Below are positions 35,598 to 45,446 of a DNA stretch of 64,000 nucleotides, piece by piece. Location of the stretch: positions 595-64,594 of the forward strand of contig JAFTST010000004.1 of the NCBI GenBank assembly GCA_017467165.1. Direction: 5' to 3'. The stretch comes from Clostridia bacterium. Its GTDB lineage: Bacteria; Bacillota; Clostridia; Oscillospirales; CAG-272. A program made the translations under genes and the position numbers. Each line of letters starts with the position of its first letter. Position 1 is the first letter of the stretch. The notes beneath the pieces were generated by a model, which had not been told where the DNA came from, ran no database searches, and saw only the letters and a list, made by a program, of their open reading frames with translations.

Positions 35598-36956
35598 TTA
35601 AAAGTTGAAGTAATTCTTCGCGTTGTAGTATGCGATATCGCTGACTATCTCGCCGAGCAGCTCGTAGTCCTCGGGGAATTCTCCGTCTTCAACCCAGCCG
35701 CCGATAAGGTTGCAGAGTATGCGTCTGAAATACTCGTGACGGGGGTAGGAAACGAAGGAGCGGCTGTCTGTCAGCATACCGACGAAGCGGGAGAGCATAC
35801 CGAGGTTGGCAAGCGAGGTCATCTGCGCTACCATTCCGTCGCGCTGATCGTTGAACCACCAGCCCGAGCCAAACTGAATTTTGCCCGCCACTGAGCCGTC
35901 CTGGAAATTGCCGAGCATAGTGCCGAGCACGTAGTTGTCCTTGGGATTGAGGGTGTAGAGTATAGTCTTGGGAAGCGAGCTTGAATATGCGAGATTGTCG
36001 AGGAATGCCGACAGCTTTTCGGCTATGGCGAGGTCGTTGATGGAGTCAAAGCCCGTGTCTGCTCCGAGCTTTTCGTACATTCTCCTGTTATTGTTTCTGA
36101 GAGCGCCGATATGAAGCTGCATTGTCCAGCCAAGACGAGTGTATTCTACCGCGCAGATGCGAAGCATCTCGGTCTTGAAGGCGTCGATTTCGGCATCGGA
36201 GAGCGCCTCGCCCGCCAGCCTCTTGTTAAACGCCGCCTCAGCATCTCCGATAGCGAAGGGCACGTACTCGAGCGCGTGGTCGGAAAGTCGGCAGCCGTAC
36301 GAGTTGAAGTATGCGATTCTTTCCTTAATCCACTCGACAAGCTCGGAGTAGCTTCCGACACCGATAGACTCGATATAGGGAAGGAAGGTTTCCTTGCCAA
36401 TCTCCACAGCCTTGTCCGGACGGAAGGTTGGAAGGATTTTGGTGGAAAAGTCACGAAGCGCCTCGTGGTACTCGAGTGTGTCGGCGGGGTCGTCGGTGGT
36501 GCAGATAATCTCAACGCCCGAGCGCTTAATAAGATTCTTAGCAGAAAACTCGTCCTTAGCGAGAAGGGCGTTGCATTTTTCCCATATCATAGGAGCGGTT
36601 TTTTCGGAAAGAAGCTCGTCAATTCCAAAAAATCTCTTGAGCTCGAGGTGCGTCCAATGATACAGCGGGTTGCCGATAAGATATGGCATCGTGCGGGCGA
36701 ATGCGAGAAACTTCTCATACTCGTCGGCGCCGCCTGTTATATACTCCTCGTCGATGCCGTTGGTACGCATCTGGCGCCACTTGTAGTGGTCGCCGCCGAG
36801 GAAAAGGTCGTAGGCGTTTCTGAACTTGTAGTCCTCGGCTATCATCGTGGGGGAGAGGTGACAGTGGTAGTCAATGATGGGAAGGTCCTTGATAATGGCG
36901 TACAGCTTTCTTGACGCCTCGGTTTTCAGCATAAAATTATCGTTTATGAAGCTCAT
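35598..36956 (-). CDS. uxaC: glucuronate/galacturonate isomerase
   Basis: MSFINDNFMLKTEASRKLY...LPIIDYHCHLSP... is the UxaC N-terminal hallmark. 452 aa. Confidence 0.9.
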   Translation of the reverse strand: MSFINDNFMLKTEASRKLYAIIKDLPIIDYHCHLSPTMIAEDYKFRNAYDLFLGGDHYKWRQMRTNGIDEEYITGGADEYEKFLAFARTMPYLIGNPLYHWTHLELKRFFGIDELLSEKTAPMIWEKCNALLAKDEFSAKNLIKRSGVEIICTTDDPADTLEYHEALRDFSTKILPTFRPDKAVEIGKETFLPYIESIGVGSYSELVEWIKERIAYFNSYGCRLSDHALEYVPFAIGDAEAAFNKRLAGEALSDAEIDAFKTEMLRICAVEYTRLGWTMQLHIGALRNNNRRMYEKLGADTGFDSINDLAIAEKLSAFLDNLAYSSSLPKTILYTLNPKDNYVLGTMLGNFQDGSVAGKIQFGSGWWFNDQRDGMVAQMTSLANLGMLSRFVGMLTDSRSFVSYPRHEYFRRILCNLIGGWVEDGEFPEDYELLGEIVSDIAYYNAKNYFNF

Positions 36957-38323
36957 AGTGTTACTCCGTCCTTGAATATTGATATTTCTCTGTAGCCGTT
37001 TTCCTCGTTTCTGGTTTGTCTGCCCTCGGCTACCTCGATAACGTACTCGAACAGCTCATCGGTGAGGGGATTTCCGTCAAGCGTGGGTGATGCGTCAAAG
37101 TCTATCCAGCCGCTCTTTCTCTGTGCGAGCGAGTGGTTGGTTGCGATTTTAACCGTGGGAACCGCGCTTCCTACCGGTGTTCCTCTGCCTGTGGTGAAAA
37201 GAATTATATGCACTCCCGCCGCCATAAGATTGGTTATAGCAACGATGTCGTTTCCGGGACCGTTAAGCAGCGACAGACCGCACTTGGTCAGCGTGTCTCC
37301 GTAGTCAAGCACGTCCACCACCTTGGACAGACCGCCCTTCTGCACGCATCCGAGCGACTTCTCCTCAAGGGTGGTTATTCCGCCCTTCTTGTTTCCGGGA
37401 GAGGGATTTTCATAGATAACCTGCCCGTGCCTTGTGTAGTAGTCCTTGAAATTGTTGATAAGCGAAACCGTCTTATCAAATACCTCGCGGCTCTCGCATC
37501 TCTGCATCAGAAGATGCTCCGCGCCAAACATCTCGGGCACCTCGGTAAGTACACAGCTTCCGCCCATAGCTATAAGCTTATCGGACAATCTTCCGACGAG
37601 GGGATTGGCTGTAATTCCGCTGTATCCGTCGCTTCCACCGCACTTCAGTCCGAGCTTCAGCTTGGAAACGGGAACTGCCTGTCTTTCAAAGCCCTTGGCA
37701 TACTCCTGAAGCTCGCGCACTATTCTTATTCCCTCGGCAACGTCGTCCTCGACGTCCTGAGTGTTGAGAAAGCGCACTCTTTTTGGGTTATATTCTCCAA
37801 GGAACTCCTTGAAGAGCTCTATATTGTTGTTTTCACAGCCGAGACCGAGCACCAGAACGCCCGCGGCGTTGGGGTGACGAACCATTCCCTTGAGAATAGT
37901 CTGGGTTATTTTCTGGTCATCTCCCAGCTGTGAGCAGCCAAAGGGGTGGGGAAACGCCAGCGCCCCCGTTGCCTCTGCAATCCTTTCGGAAACCTTGTTG
38001 ACACAGCCGACGGTGTTGACAATCCACACGTCGTTTCGTATGCCGACCTCACCGTTCTCGCGTACGTAGCCAAGGAAGGTGCGCTCGGTGCGTTCCTCGG
38101 GGATATCGTGGAAGCGCGGCTCGTAGACGTACTCGAGGTTTCCCGACAGATTGGTTTTCATATTGTGGGTGTGCACGTGCTCGCCCGCCTTGATATCACA
38201 GATCGCGTGACCTATGGGGTTGCCGTATTTTATAATATTTTCGCCCGCCGCGATATCTCTCAGCGCGTGCTTGTGACCGCTTTCGAGATTTACCTCGACG
38301 TTGTCAAGTCTGTTTATCTGCAT
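36953..38323 (-). CDS. uxaA: altronate dehydratase (UxaA family)
   Basis: SAF-like N-domain (ALRDIAAGENIIKYGNPIGHAICDIKAGEHVHTHN) and a UxaA C-domain (GLKCGGSDGYSGITANP). It overlaps uxaC by 4 nt. Confidence 0.85.
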   Translation of the reverse strand: MQINRLDNVEVNLESGHKHALRDIAAGENIIKYGNPIGHAICDIKAGEHVHTHNMKTNLSGNLEYVYEPRFHDIPEERTERTFLGYVRENGEVGIRNDVWIVNTVGCVNKVSERIAEATGALAFPHPFGCSQLGDDQKITQTILKGMVRHPNAAGVLVLGLGCENNNIELFKEFLGEYNPKRVRFLNTQDVEDDVAEGIRIVRELQEYAKGFERQAVPVSKLKLGLKCGGSDGYSGITANPLVGRLSDKLIAMGGSCVLTEVPEMFGAEHLLMQRCESREVFDKTVSLINNFKDYYTRHGQVIYENPSPGNKKGGITTLEEKSLGCVQKGGLSKVVDVLDYGDTLTKCGLSLLNGPGNDIVAITNLMAAGVHIILFTTGRGTPVGSAVPTVKIATNHSLAQRKSGWIDFDASPTLDGNPLTDELFEYVIEVAEGRQTRNEENGYREISIFKDGVTL

Positions 38324-39597
38324 TCTCCAACCTCGCTTTCAAGAAAGGAAATATCCTCACCCCAAAGAGCTGCGTTGGCAAGTATATCGTGTATGCCGTG
38401 CGTCCTTATGAACTCGACAACCTCGGGCGCGTCGTCAGGCTCGCCGACCTTGTAGAACTCAATAAGTCTGGCGAGAGAGAAAACGAGTGTCTTCGGCGTT
38501 TTGCCAAAGCGCCTGATATACTCAAGGATAGAGGGAAGAACCCTTACCTTGAACTTGCTCACAGAGTTGAGAGCGATGCTCGACAGATAGTGCTTGATAT
38601 AAGGATTGCCAAATCGGTCGATAACGCTGTTGGCATAGCTGACAAGCTCCTCTCTCGGCAGGTCGAGTGTGGGAATGATTTCATCGAATACGCACGCCTC
38701 GACGTGAGCCTTCATTTCGGGGCTGTCGATACAGCTCTTCACCGTGTCATAACCCGAAAGCAGAGCGTGCGGGACGAGCGAGGTGTGCGCTCCGTTAAGT
38801 ATGCGAACCTTCCTTGTGCGGTACATCTCCAGCTTGTCGCGCGTTACTATAACGTTGAGTCCTGCGGACGAGAAGGGGAGCTCGCTATCAAGGTCAATAT
38901 CGGTTTCGATAACCCACAGGTGGAAGAACTCGGAGGTGTTGACCATATTGTCCTCGTATCCGAGATTGAGCTCCTCGCCCCTCGGGTATCCGGTATTTAT
39001 TCTGTCAACAAGCGTGTTGGTGAAAACGTTTTTCTCATTTATCCAACGGATAAATCCGTCGCCAAGCTCCCAGAGCCTCGCATATTCGAGCACGCATCTT
39101 TTGAGATTGTCACCGTTTCTGTCAATAAGCTCGCAGGGCAGAAAAATAAAGCCGTCAAGATCCAGCTCGTACCTGTGCAGAAGGAGCAGAGTCAGCTTCG
39201 CGGGAAAGCTCTTGGGCGGAGCGTCGGTAATTTTGTCATCCTCAGAGAAGACTATTCCCGACTCGGTGGTGTTTGATACGATAAAACGAAAATCGGGGTT
39301 TTCTGCAAGCGCCAAATACCTGTCGAACTCCTCATAGGGCTTGATACACTCAGAAATAACGTCGACAACCGTACTCTCGACGCCCTCTTTTCCTCTGACA
39401 AGGTGGGTATAGACACAATTCTGGGCGCTTAGCATATCGCACATACCGTTTTCGATAGGCTGAACCACTATGACGTTGCCCGAAAAGGCACCATTATCAT
39501 TTATTTTTTGGAGCATCCAGTCAAAAAATCCGCGAAGGAAGCCGCCCTCGCCAAATTGAATAACCTTATTGGGCCTTACAGCTTTTTTAAAGCTCAT
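38314..39597 (-). CDS. uxaB: tagaturonate reductase (altronate oxidoreductase)
   Basis: VIQFGEGGFLRGFFDWM (mannitol-dehydrogenase-family Rossmann N-terminus). The start is set at MSFKKAV (ATG 39597, GGAG upstream). Confidence 0.85.
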   Translation of the reverse strand: MSFKKAVRPNKVIQFGEGGFLRGFFDWMLQKINDNGAFSGNVIVVQPIENGMCDMLSAQNCVYTHLVRGKEGVESTVVDVISECIKPYEEFDRYLALAENPDFRFIVSNTTESGIVFSEDDKITDAPPKSFPAKLTLLLLHRYELDLDGFIFLPCELIDRNGDNLKRCVLEYARLWELGDGFIRWINEKNVFTNTLVDRINTGYPRGEELNLGYEDNMVNTSEFFHLWVIETDIDLDSELPFSSAGLNVIVTRDKLEMYRTRKVRILNGAHTSLVPHALLSGYDTVKSCIDSPEMKAHVEACVFDEIIPTLDLPREELVSYANSVIDRFGNPYIKHYLSSIALNSVSKFKVRVLPSILEYIRRFGKTPKTLVFSLARLIEFYKVGEPDDAPEVVEFIRTHGIHDILANAALWGEDISFLESEVGECR

Positions 39598-39734
39598 AGT
39601 CAATCTCCTTTGTTTTAAAGTCGTTATGCGGGACGGATTACCCAAAGGGTAATCACACTACCCCTGCATATTTATTGTATATCAAATTAGCAAGTGGCCG
39701 CCTTAAAAATATTAACAGATTTTTAGTGAATTTC

Positions 39735-39763
39735 TTGATTTTTTTGATATAGTGTGCTAAAAT
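39735..39763 (+). promoter_or_regulatory. sigma70-type promoter of the AraC regulator
   Basis: TTGATT (39735-39740), a 17-nt spacer, then TAAAAT (39758-39763). This excludes the ORF-track start at 39762. Confidence 0.5.
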
Positions 39764-39785
39764 GAAGAAAAAACCGGAGGGCGGT

Positions 39786-40598
39786 ATGAAAGAGGCTATA
39801 AAAAACGGTGTCGACGGGTATTATTTTGACCGAGCCAGCTCAAGACGCGGGAGTGAATCAAACCAGCATTATCACACGGGCTTTGAGATATACTATATGA
39901 AGGAGGGCAGGTGCCGTTATTTCATAGACGACCGCTCCTACGACGTAATTTCGGGCGACGTTATCGTTATTCCTATGGGAGTAATACACCGCACCAACTA
40001 CGGAAGTCAGCCGCACTCAAGGCTCCTTATCAACTTCACCGAGGAGTTTATACCCGAGAGTGTCAGGGGCAGAATAGGGGAGCTCGAGCATTTATACCGC
40101 ACCTCGGAGATCACCGCGAGAATCGAGGATATACTGCTCCGCATCGAGCGCGAATGCACAGAGCATGATGACGAAATGACCGTTGATGCCCTGAGATGCT
40201 ACACGGGTGAAATTTTTTTCCTTCTTCTCAGGAGCAAAATCTCGCACGAGGAGGCGAAGGGAAACAACGCTTTAGTCGAGCAGGTGGTTAAATATATTCA
40301 GAGAAACTATATGCACGAAATAAGGCTATCACAGGTTGCGCGTATGCTCTCGGTCAGCGCGGAGCACCTGTCGCGCCTTTTCAAGAAAAGCACGGGCTTT
40401 GGATTTAACGAATACGTCACGCTCGTCAGGCTTCAGAAGGCGGAATATATGCTGAAAAACGAGCCCGGAAGGTCCATTTCCGAGGTAGCGTACGCCTGCG
40501 GCTTCAATGACGGAAACTACTTTTCGTACAAGTTCAAGCAGGTCTACGGAATCCCACCCACAAGGGTGCGCGGAACGGACAACCGGAGTGAGAATTAA
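39786..40598 (+). CDS. AraC-family transcriptional regulator (cupin sensor + HTH)
   Basis: Cupin-like N-domain (HYHTGFEIYYMKEGRCRYFIDD...GDVIVIPMGVIHR) and a C-terminal AraC HTH (ISEVAYACGFNDGNYFSYKFKQVYGIPP). GGAGGG RBS before ATG 39786. Confidence 0.85.
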   Translation: MKEAIKNGVDGYYFDRASSRRGSESNQHYHTGFEIYYMKEGRCRYFIDDRSYDVISGDVIVIPMGVIHRTNYGSQPHSRLLINFTEEFIPESVRGRIGELEHLYRTSEITARIEDILLRIERECTEHDDEMTVDALRCYTGEIFFLLLRSKISHEEAKGNNALVEQVVKYIQRNYMHEIRLSQVARMLSVSAEHLSRLFKKSTGFGFNEYVTLVRLQKAEYMLKNEPGRSISEVAYACGFNDGNYFSYKFKQVYGIPPTRVRGTDNRSEN

Positions 40599-40628
40599 GT
40601 GACAACTATAATTTACATTTCACCTTGT

Positions 40629-40668
40629 GCGAGGCGTCGTCTGGCGCCTCGCTTTTCTTGTTCTTTTG
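40629..40668 (+). terminator. rho-independent terminator after araC-like gene
   Basis: GCGAGGCG-TCGTCTGG-CGCCTCGC followed by TTTTCTTGTTCTTTT. Confidence 0.7.
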
Positions 40669-40728
40669 GAGAGAGACCATATTTAAAATAAATATAAAAA
40701 AATATTTTATATATTTTATACAATAATA

Positions 40729-40757
40729 TTGAAAGTTCGGGAAGAATATGGTATACT
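40729..40757 (+). promoter_or_regulatory. sigma70-type promoter of the surface lyase gene
   Basis: TTGAAA (40729-40734), a 17-nt spacer, then TATACT (40752-40757), preceded by an AT-rich UP-like tract. Confidence 0.5.
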
Positions 40758-40820
40758 GTGTACAGATAGTACGAGCTTTGCTCGACGTGGAGCGCGACTA
40801 TAATAAAGGAGGAATGAGTT

Positions 40821-43800
40821 ATGAAATTAAACTCTTCAAGAAAGCTGTTATCCCTGATGCTCGTTTTGTGTCTGGCGGTGCTCGTTGTACCCGTTCTGAC
40901 GCTGAATGCGCGCGCGGAGGATAAGGTTTACACTATGACCGCTGACGACATTGCGGCGTTCGCTGCAGGCGCGAAGGCAGACGGTGACGTTGAGGCGGTT
41001 GGAACAGATGGATATTTCAATGTTTTTTACAGCGAGAAAACTAAGGTTGACGCAAGCGCTAAGAGCTTTGAAGATGGCGTTAGCGTTACTAACCGTATCA
41101 GCTGGGGCGGAAACACTGATATTGGCGAGCTTGTGAAGAACGCGATACAGATTAAGACTGAGGGACCCGCTACCCTTAAGATCTGGTTCGTATCGGGCGG
41201 CGATGACCGTGAGGTTGCGATCTTTGGCCCTACCGGTAGCGTTGTTGCGCAGACCGCTATCGGAACCGTTAAAAACTCACTTTACATAGCCGAGCTTGAA
41301 ATTGCCGAGGCAGGCACCTATTACATAGGTAACGTCGGCGGCAACAACAATTACTACAAGCTCGAGGTTACGGAAAAGGCGGCTGAAGCGCCCGCTCCTA
41401 CCGAAATCGTCTACACTCTCGACACCACGCTCGACCTTCCCGCAATGGCGCAGGGAGTTAAGGCTGATGGTGACGTTGAGGCGGCAGGAACCGAAAACTT
41501 CTTTAACATATATTACAGCTCTAAGACAAAGATTGACTCAAGCTCGAAGACCTTCGACGATGGATACGCAGGCGCACAGCGTCTGAACTTCGGCGGCAAG
41601 GCGCAGATTGGCGAAACTACCAAGAATGATATTCAGTTCACCACCGAGGGCGCGGCTACCGTCAAGATCTGGTGGGTACAGGGCGGTGACGACCACCGTC
41701 AGATGGGTCTGTTTGGTGCAGACGGCACTCTTATCACACAGACCGAGGGCGAGTATGTTAAGAACTCTCCCTATATGTCTACTCTCGAGATAGCTGAGGC
41801 AGGCACATACTTCCTCGGCGGCGTCACCAATAATAACAACTTCTATAAGGTTGAAGTTACAGTGCTCGGCAGCGGCACTCCCGAAAAGCCTGCAAGAGCA
41901 GATTGGGCGACCGTTGCGGCTCCTGTGATTAATTCGATTACAGTGGACGAGAAGGACGATGGAAATCTCAAGGTTGCAGTTTCCGCTCTCGTTGGCTACG
42001 ACGGAGCAGACGAGGTTGTTGTCGCTATGCTTGACGCTGAGGGCAACGAGCTTGCAACCAAGCGCTCCATCGCGGAGAAGGGCGAGCATACTCTCACCTT
42101 CACTCCCACAGCGTCCGGTACTTATACGTTCGTCGCTACCCTCAGCAGAGAGGGCGAGCAGGATAAGACCTCGGCACCCCTTTCGAGCGAGTTCGTATAT
42201 CCTCTCGGAAATCCCATTCTTATCAGCGCTACCTCCAAGGGCGCGGGCAAGGTAGAGGTTATCTTCTCCGCAGTCAAGGAAGCAGAGGGCTACCACATCT
42301 ACATCGACGGCGCGAAGGTTGCTGAAACCACCAATACTACCTGTATGGTAGAGGGTCTTACCGTTGGTTCTGTCGTTGAGGTCAAGGTCTATGCTATAAG
42401 GGGTACAGAGCAGGTTGAGTGTGCTTCTGCTCTTAATTGCACCGTTACTCAGGAGGCAAGACAGACCTGGGGCTTCACAGTATACGGCCCCTCCACCAAC
42501 ATCAGCAACAACGGCTACACAGGCTCGGTTAACGACGACGGACGGGTTACCGTATTCTCCGAGGGCGGCAAGGGCAAGATTCAGCCTACCTCCGTGGACG
42601 GTCTTGCCTTCTACTACACTGCAGTTCCCACAGAGTACAACTTCACTCTGCGCGCGACTGTCACCGTTGACAGCTGGACGTTCTCCAACGGTCAGGAGGG
42701 CTTCGGCCTTATGGCTACCGACCGCCTTGGAATAAGCGGAAATACTGCTGACTTCTGGAACAACTCCTACCTCGTAGGCTCTACTAAGATAGAGTACAGA
42801 TACGACTCCGAGTTTGGAACCATCTACGACATTTCGGACCCTGCAGCTATCAGCTTTCCCAAGTACTCAATGAAGCAGGGACTTGGTATCGTTGAGAGAA
42901 CGGGTGTCAACAAGGAAAACCTTGCAATGTTCGAGGCTAACGACACCAATACTATCAACACCTACTTCTCAAGCATCACCAAGACCTTCGAGACCACCGC
43001 GGGCTACTACGGCTATGAGGCGGGAACCTATAACGTTATCGGTAACGCTACCGGTACGGTTCAGGGTACTCTTGACGATTTCCTTATGACCACCTTCGTT
43101 CTGGAAATCCAGAAGAATAACACGGGTTACTTCCTCTCCTACTATGACACAGAGGGCAACCTTATCGCTCGCGAGAAGTTCTACGAGCCCGAGGCGCTGA
43201 GCCAGCTCGACGAGGATAACGTATACGTAGGCTTCTTCGCTTCCCGTAACGCTCGTGCGACCTTCTCCAATATTCACTTCGATACTATTCTTGCCTCCGA
43301 GGATGCTCCCGCAGAGGAAAGACCTATCGAGTACATCGTCCCCACCGTTTCTATCGTATCTCCCACCGTTACCACAGAGCTTGGCTACAGAGTAGAGGTT
43401 GACACCAACGTTAACGGTACTCTCAAGGTTTCTCTTAACGGTAAGGTTCTCGTTGAGGGCGTTGAGGTTAAGGGACTTGTCAGATATTTGCTTGAAGTAA
43501 CTCTTGACAGCTACGGTGAGAATAATCTCGTCGTAACCTTCACTCCCGATCCCGATCAGGATCTTGGCGAGTATACCGAGCTTGCGACAACGCAGAACCA
43601 GTCGCAGTCGATCACCATTATGGCGAATAAGGGCTTCTATCACAACAAGGTTGTATACGTATCTCCCACGGGTCTTCCCAACGGTAACGGTACGAAGGAA
43701 TATCCTCTCGATATCTACACCGCGGTTGACAACGCTATTCCCGGCCAGACCATAGTAATTATGGAGGGCACTTACCGCCTTATCAAGACTGTCAGAATCC

Positions 43801-45266
43801 AGCGCGGAATGGACGGAACTGCAGAGGAGCCTGTCAGAATGATAGCAGATCCCGAGGCTAAGACCAGACCCGTGTTTGATTTCCAGGGTGAGTGCGCAGG
43901 ATTTGTACACGGCGGTGACTATTGGTACTTCTACGGCTTTGACGTAACCCGCTCTGCAGATATGCAGAAGGGCTTCCAGGTTTCGGGTAACCACAACACC
44001 CTTGACCAGATCAACACCTACTACAACGGTAACACCGGTATACAGATCAGCCGTTATACAGGCACCGATCTGTTCCCCGATTGGCCCAGCTATAACCTGA
44101 TTCTCAACTGTACGTCCTACTGCAACTATGACGCAGGCTTTGAGGATGCTGACGGCTTTGCCGCTAAGCTCACCTGTGGCGAGGGTAACGTATTCGACGG
44201 ATGCGTAGCGTATAACAACGCTGACGACGGATGGGACCTGTACGCGAAGGTTGAAACAGGCTCTATCGGCGCTGTCGTTATCAGAAACTGCGTAGCGTAT
44301 GCCAACGGCTACGTTCCCGGCATCGAAGGCAAGACCGGCAACGGTAACGGCTTCAAGATGGGCGGCTCGAGCCTCTCCGGTAAGCACCAGCTCATCAACT
44401 CCTACGCGTTCTACAATCTCGCGAAGGGTATTGACTCCAACTCCTGCCCCGACGTTACAGTTCACAACTCCATCAGCTATAACAACGGCTCCTATAACGT
44501 TGCCTTCTACACTAACGCGGGCGCGAATACCGCCTTCGTTGCTGACGGAATTATCTCCTTCAAGGATGCTGATATTACAAATCAGGTTCCCGGCGGCTTG
44601 CTTGACAGAGGCGAGCAGCTCAAGGGTAAGGGCACTCAGGTAACGGCGGATTACAACAACGCGACCACATACTACTGGAACGGTACCGCTTGTCAGAATG
44701 CCGCAGGCACAACTCTTACAGCAGATATATTCGAGAGCCTTGAGTTCAAGGGTATAAAGAGAAAAGCTGACGGTACAATAGATATGCAGGGCTTCCTTCT
44801 TCTTACCGAGAGCGCTCCTGAGGATGCAGGCGCGAGACCCGACGGAGAAGCATCTGCTGACAACAGCACTCTTCCCGAGGACCTCGCTCACGACTTCAGC
44901 AGTGGCTGGCACACTCACGACAACGATCTTCACTGGCGCGAGTGCGAGTGCGGCTTCAAGACCGATATGGGTGAGCACGAGTATGAGTACGTTATCGACC
45001 AGATGCCCACCGAGTTTGTCACAGGCTGGAAGCACAGAGAGTGTAAGGTATGCGGAAAGCAGGGACCGAAGATCGAAATGTACTACGATGAGATAGCTCC
45101 TACTCCCGAGCCCGAGCCCGAGCCTGAGACTCCCGACGAGCCTGTCGACGAGCCCAAGGGACTGCCCGCAGTAGCGATAGTATTTATCGTTCTTGGTAGC
45201 ATCGTAGCTCTTGGCGGCGGCGGATTCCTTGCTTGGAAGTTCCTTCTTCCCAAGTTCAGAAAGTAA
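40821..45266 (+). CDS. 1481-aa cell-surface multidomain pectate-lyase-like protein (right-handed beta-helix, PL9-like) with C-terminal TM anchor
   Basis: Signal peptide. Two tandem ~155-aa repeats. Ig/Fn3-like segments and a LamG/ConA-like segment. Beta-helix entry VYVSPTGLPNGNGTKEYPLDIYTAVDNAIPGQTIVIMEGTYRL and NGNGFKMGG. A Cys/His module, a PEPEPEPE linker and a hydrophobic anchor ending KFRK. Confidence 0.65.
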   Translation: MKLNSSRKLLSLMLVLCLAVLVVPVLTLNARAEDKVYTMTADDIAAFAAGAKADGDVEAVGTDGYFNVFYSEKTKVDASAKSFEDGVSVTNRISWGGNTDIGELVKNAIQIKTEGPATLKIWFVSGGDDREVAIFGPTGSVVAQTAIGTVKNSLYIAELEIAEAGTYYIGNVGGNNNYYKLEVTEKAAEAPAPTEIVYTLDTTLDLPAMAQGVKADGDVEAAGTENFFNIYYSSKTKIDSSSKTFDDGYAGAQRLNFGGKAQIGETTKNDIQFTTEGAATVKIWWVQGGDDHRQMGLFGADGTLITQTEGEYVKNSPYMSTLEIAEAGTYFLGGVTNNNNFYKVEVTVLGSGTPEKPARADWATVAAPVINSITVDEKDDGNLKVAVSALVGYDGADEVVVAMLDAEGNELATKRSIAEKGEHTLTFTPTASGTYTFVATLSREGEQDKTSAPLSSEFVYPLGNPILISATSKGAGKVEVIFSAVKEAEGYHIYIDGAKVAETTNTTCMVEGLTVGSVVEVKVYAIRGTEQVECASALNCTVTQEARQTWGFTVYGPSTNISNNGYTGSVNDDGRVTVFSEGGKGKIQPTSVDGLAFYYTAVPTEYNFTLRATVTVDSWTFSNGQEGFGLMATDRLGISGNTADFWNNSYLVGSTKIEYRYDSEFGTIYDISDPAAISFPKYSMKQGLGIVERTGVNKENLAMFEANDTNTINTYFSSITKTFETTAGYYGYEAGTYNVIGNATGTVQGTLDDFLMTTFVLEIQKNNTGYFLSYYDTEGNLIAREKFYEPEALSQLDEDNVYVGFFASRNARATFSNIHFDTILASEDAPAEERPIEYIVPTVSIVSPTVTTELGYRVEVDTNVNGTLKVSLNGKVLVEGVEVKGLVRYLLEVTLDSYGENNLVVTFTPDPDQDLGEYTELATTQNQSQSITIMANKGFYHNKVVYVSPTGLPNGNGTKEYPLDIYTAVDNAIPGQTIVIMEGTYRLIKTVRIQRGMDGTAEEPVRMIADPEAKTRPVFDFQGECAGFVHGGDYWYFYGFDVTRSADMQKGFQVSGNHNTLDQINTYYNGNTGIQISRYTGTDLFPDWPSYNLILNCTSYCNYDAGFEDADGFAAKLTCGEGNVFDGCVAYNNADDGWDLYAKVETGSIGAVVIRNCVAYANGYVPGIEGKTGNGNGFKMGGSSLSGKHQLINSYAFYNLAKGIDSNSCPDVTVHNSISYNNGSYNVAFYTNAGANTAFVADGIISFKDADITNQVPGGLLDRGEQLKGKGTQVTADYNNATTYYWNGTACQNAAGTTLTADIFESLEFKGIKRKADGTIDMQGFLLLTESAPEDAGARPDGEASADNSTLPEDLAHDFSSGWHTHDNDLHWRECECGFKTDMGEHEYEYVIDQMPTEFVTGWKHRECKVCGKQGPKIEMYYDEIAPTPEPEPEPETPDEPVDEPKGLPAVAIVFIVLGSIVALGGGGFLAWKFLLPKFRK

Positions 45267-45294
45267 TTTAACCCACAAGCTATAGCTTTAACTT

Positions 45295-45327
45295 GCGCGG
45301 CTGAGAAATCAGCCGCGCTTTCTCTTG
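45295..45327 (+). terminator. rho-independent terminator after the lyase gene
   Basis: GCGCGGCTGA-GAAA-TCAGCCGCGC (10 bp, GNRA loop) followed by TTTCTCTTG. Confidence 0.7.
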
Positions 45328-45353
45328 CAAATTTTGCGAAGCTGTGATAAAAT
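45325..45353 (+). promoter_or_regulatory. sigma70-type promoter of the transglutaminase-like gene
   Basis: TTGCAA (45325-45330), a 17-nt spacer, then TAAAAT (45348-45353) with a TG extension. Confidence 0.5.
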
Positions 45354-45446
45354 GAAAGAAAAACGTCCCCTGTGCGAAAATATTCTTCGTTTGGAGTAAT
45401 ATTATTGTAGGGGTGGAGATAATCTACCCGAAAATAAGGATCTGAT

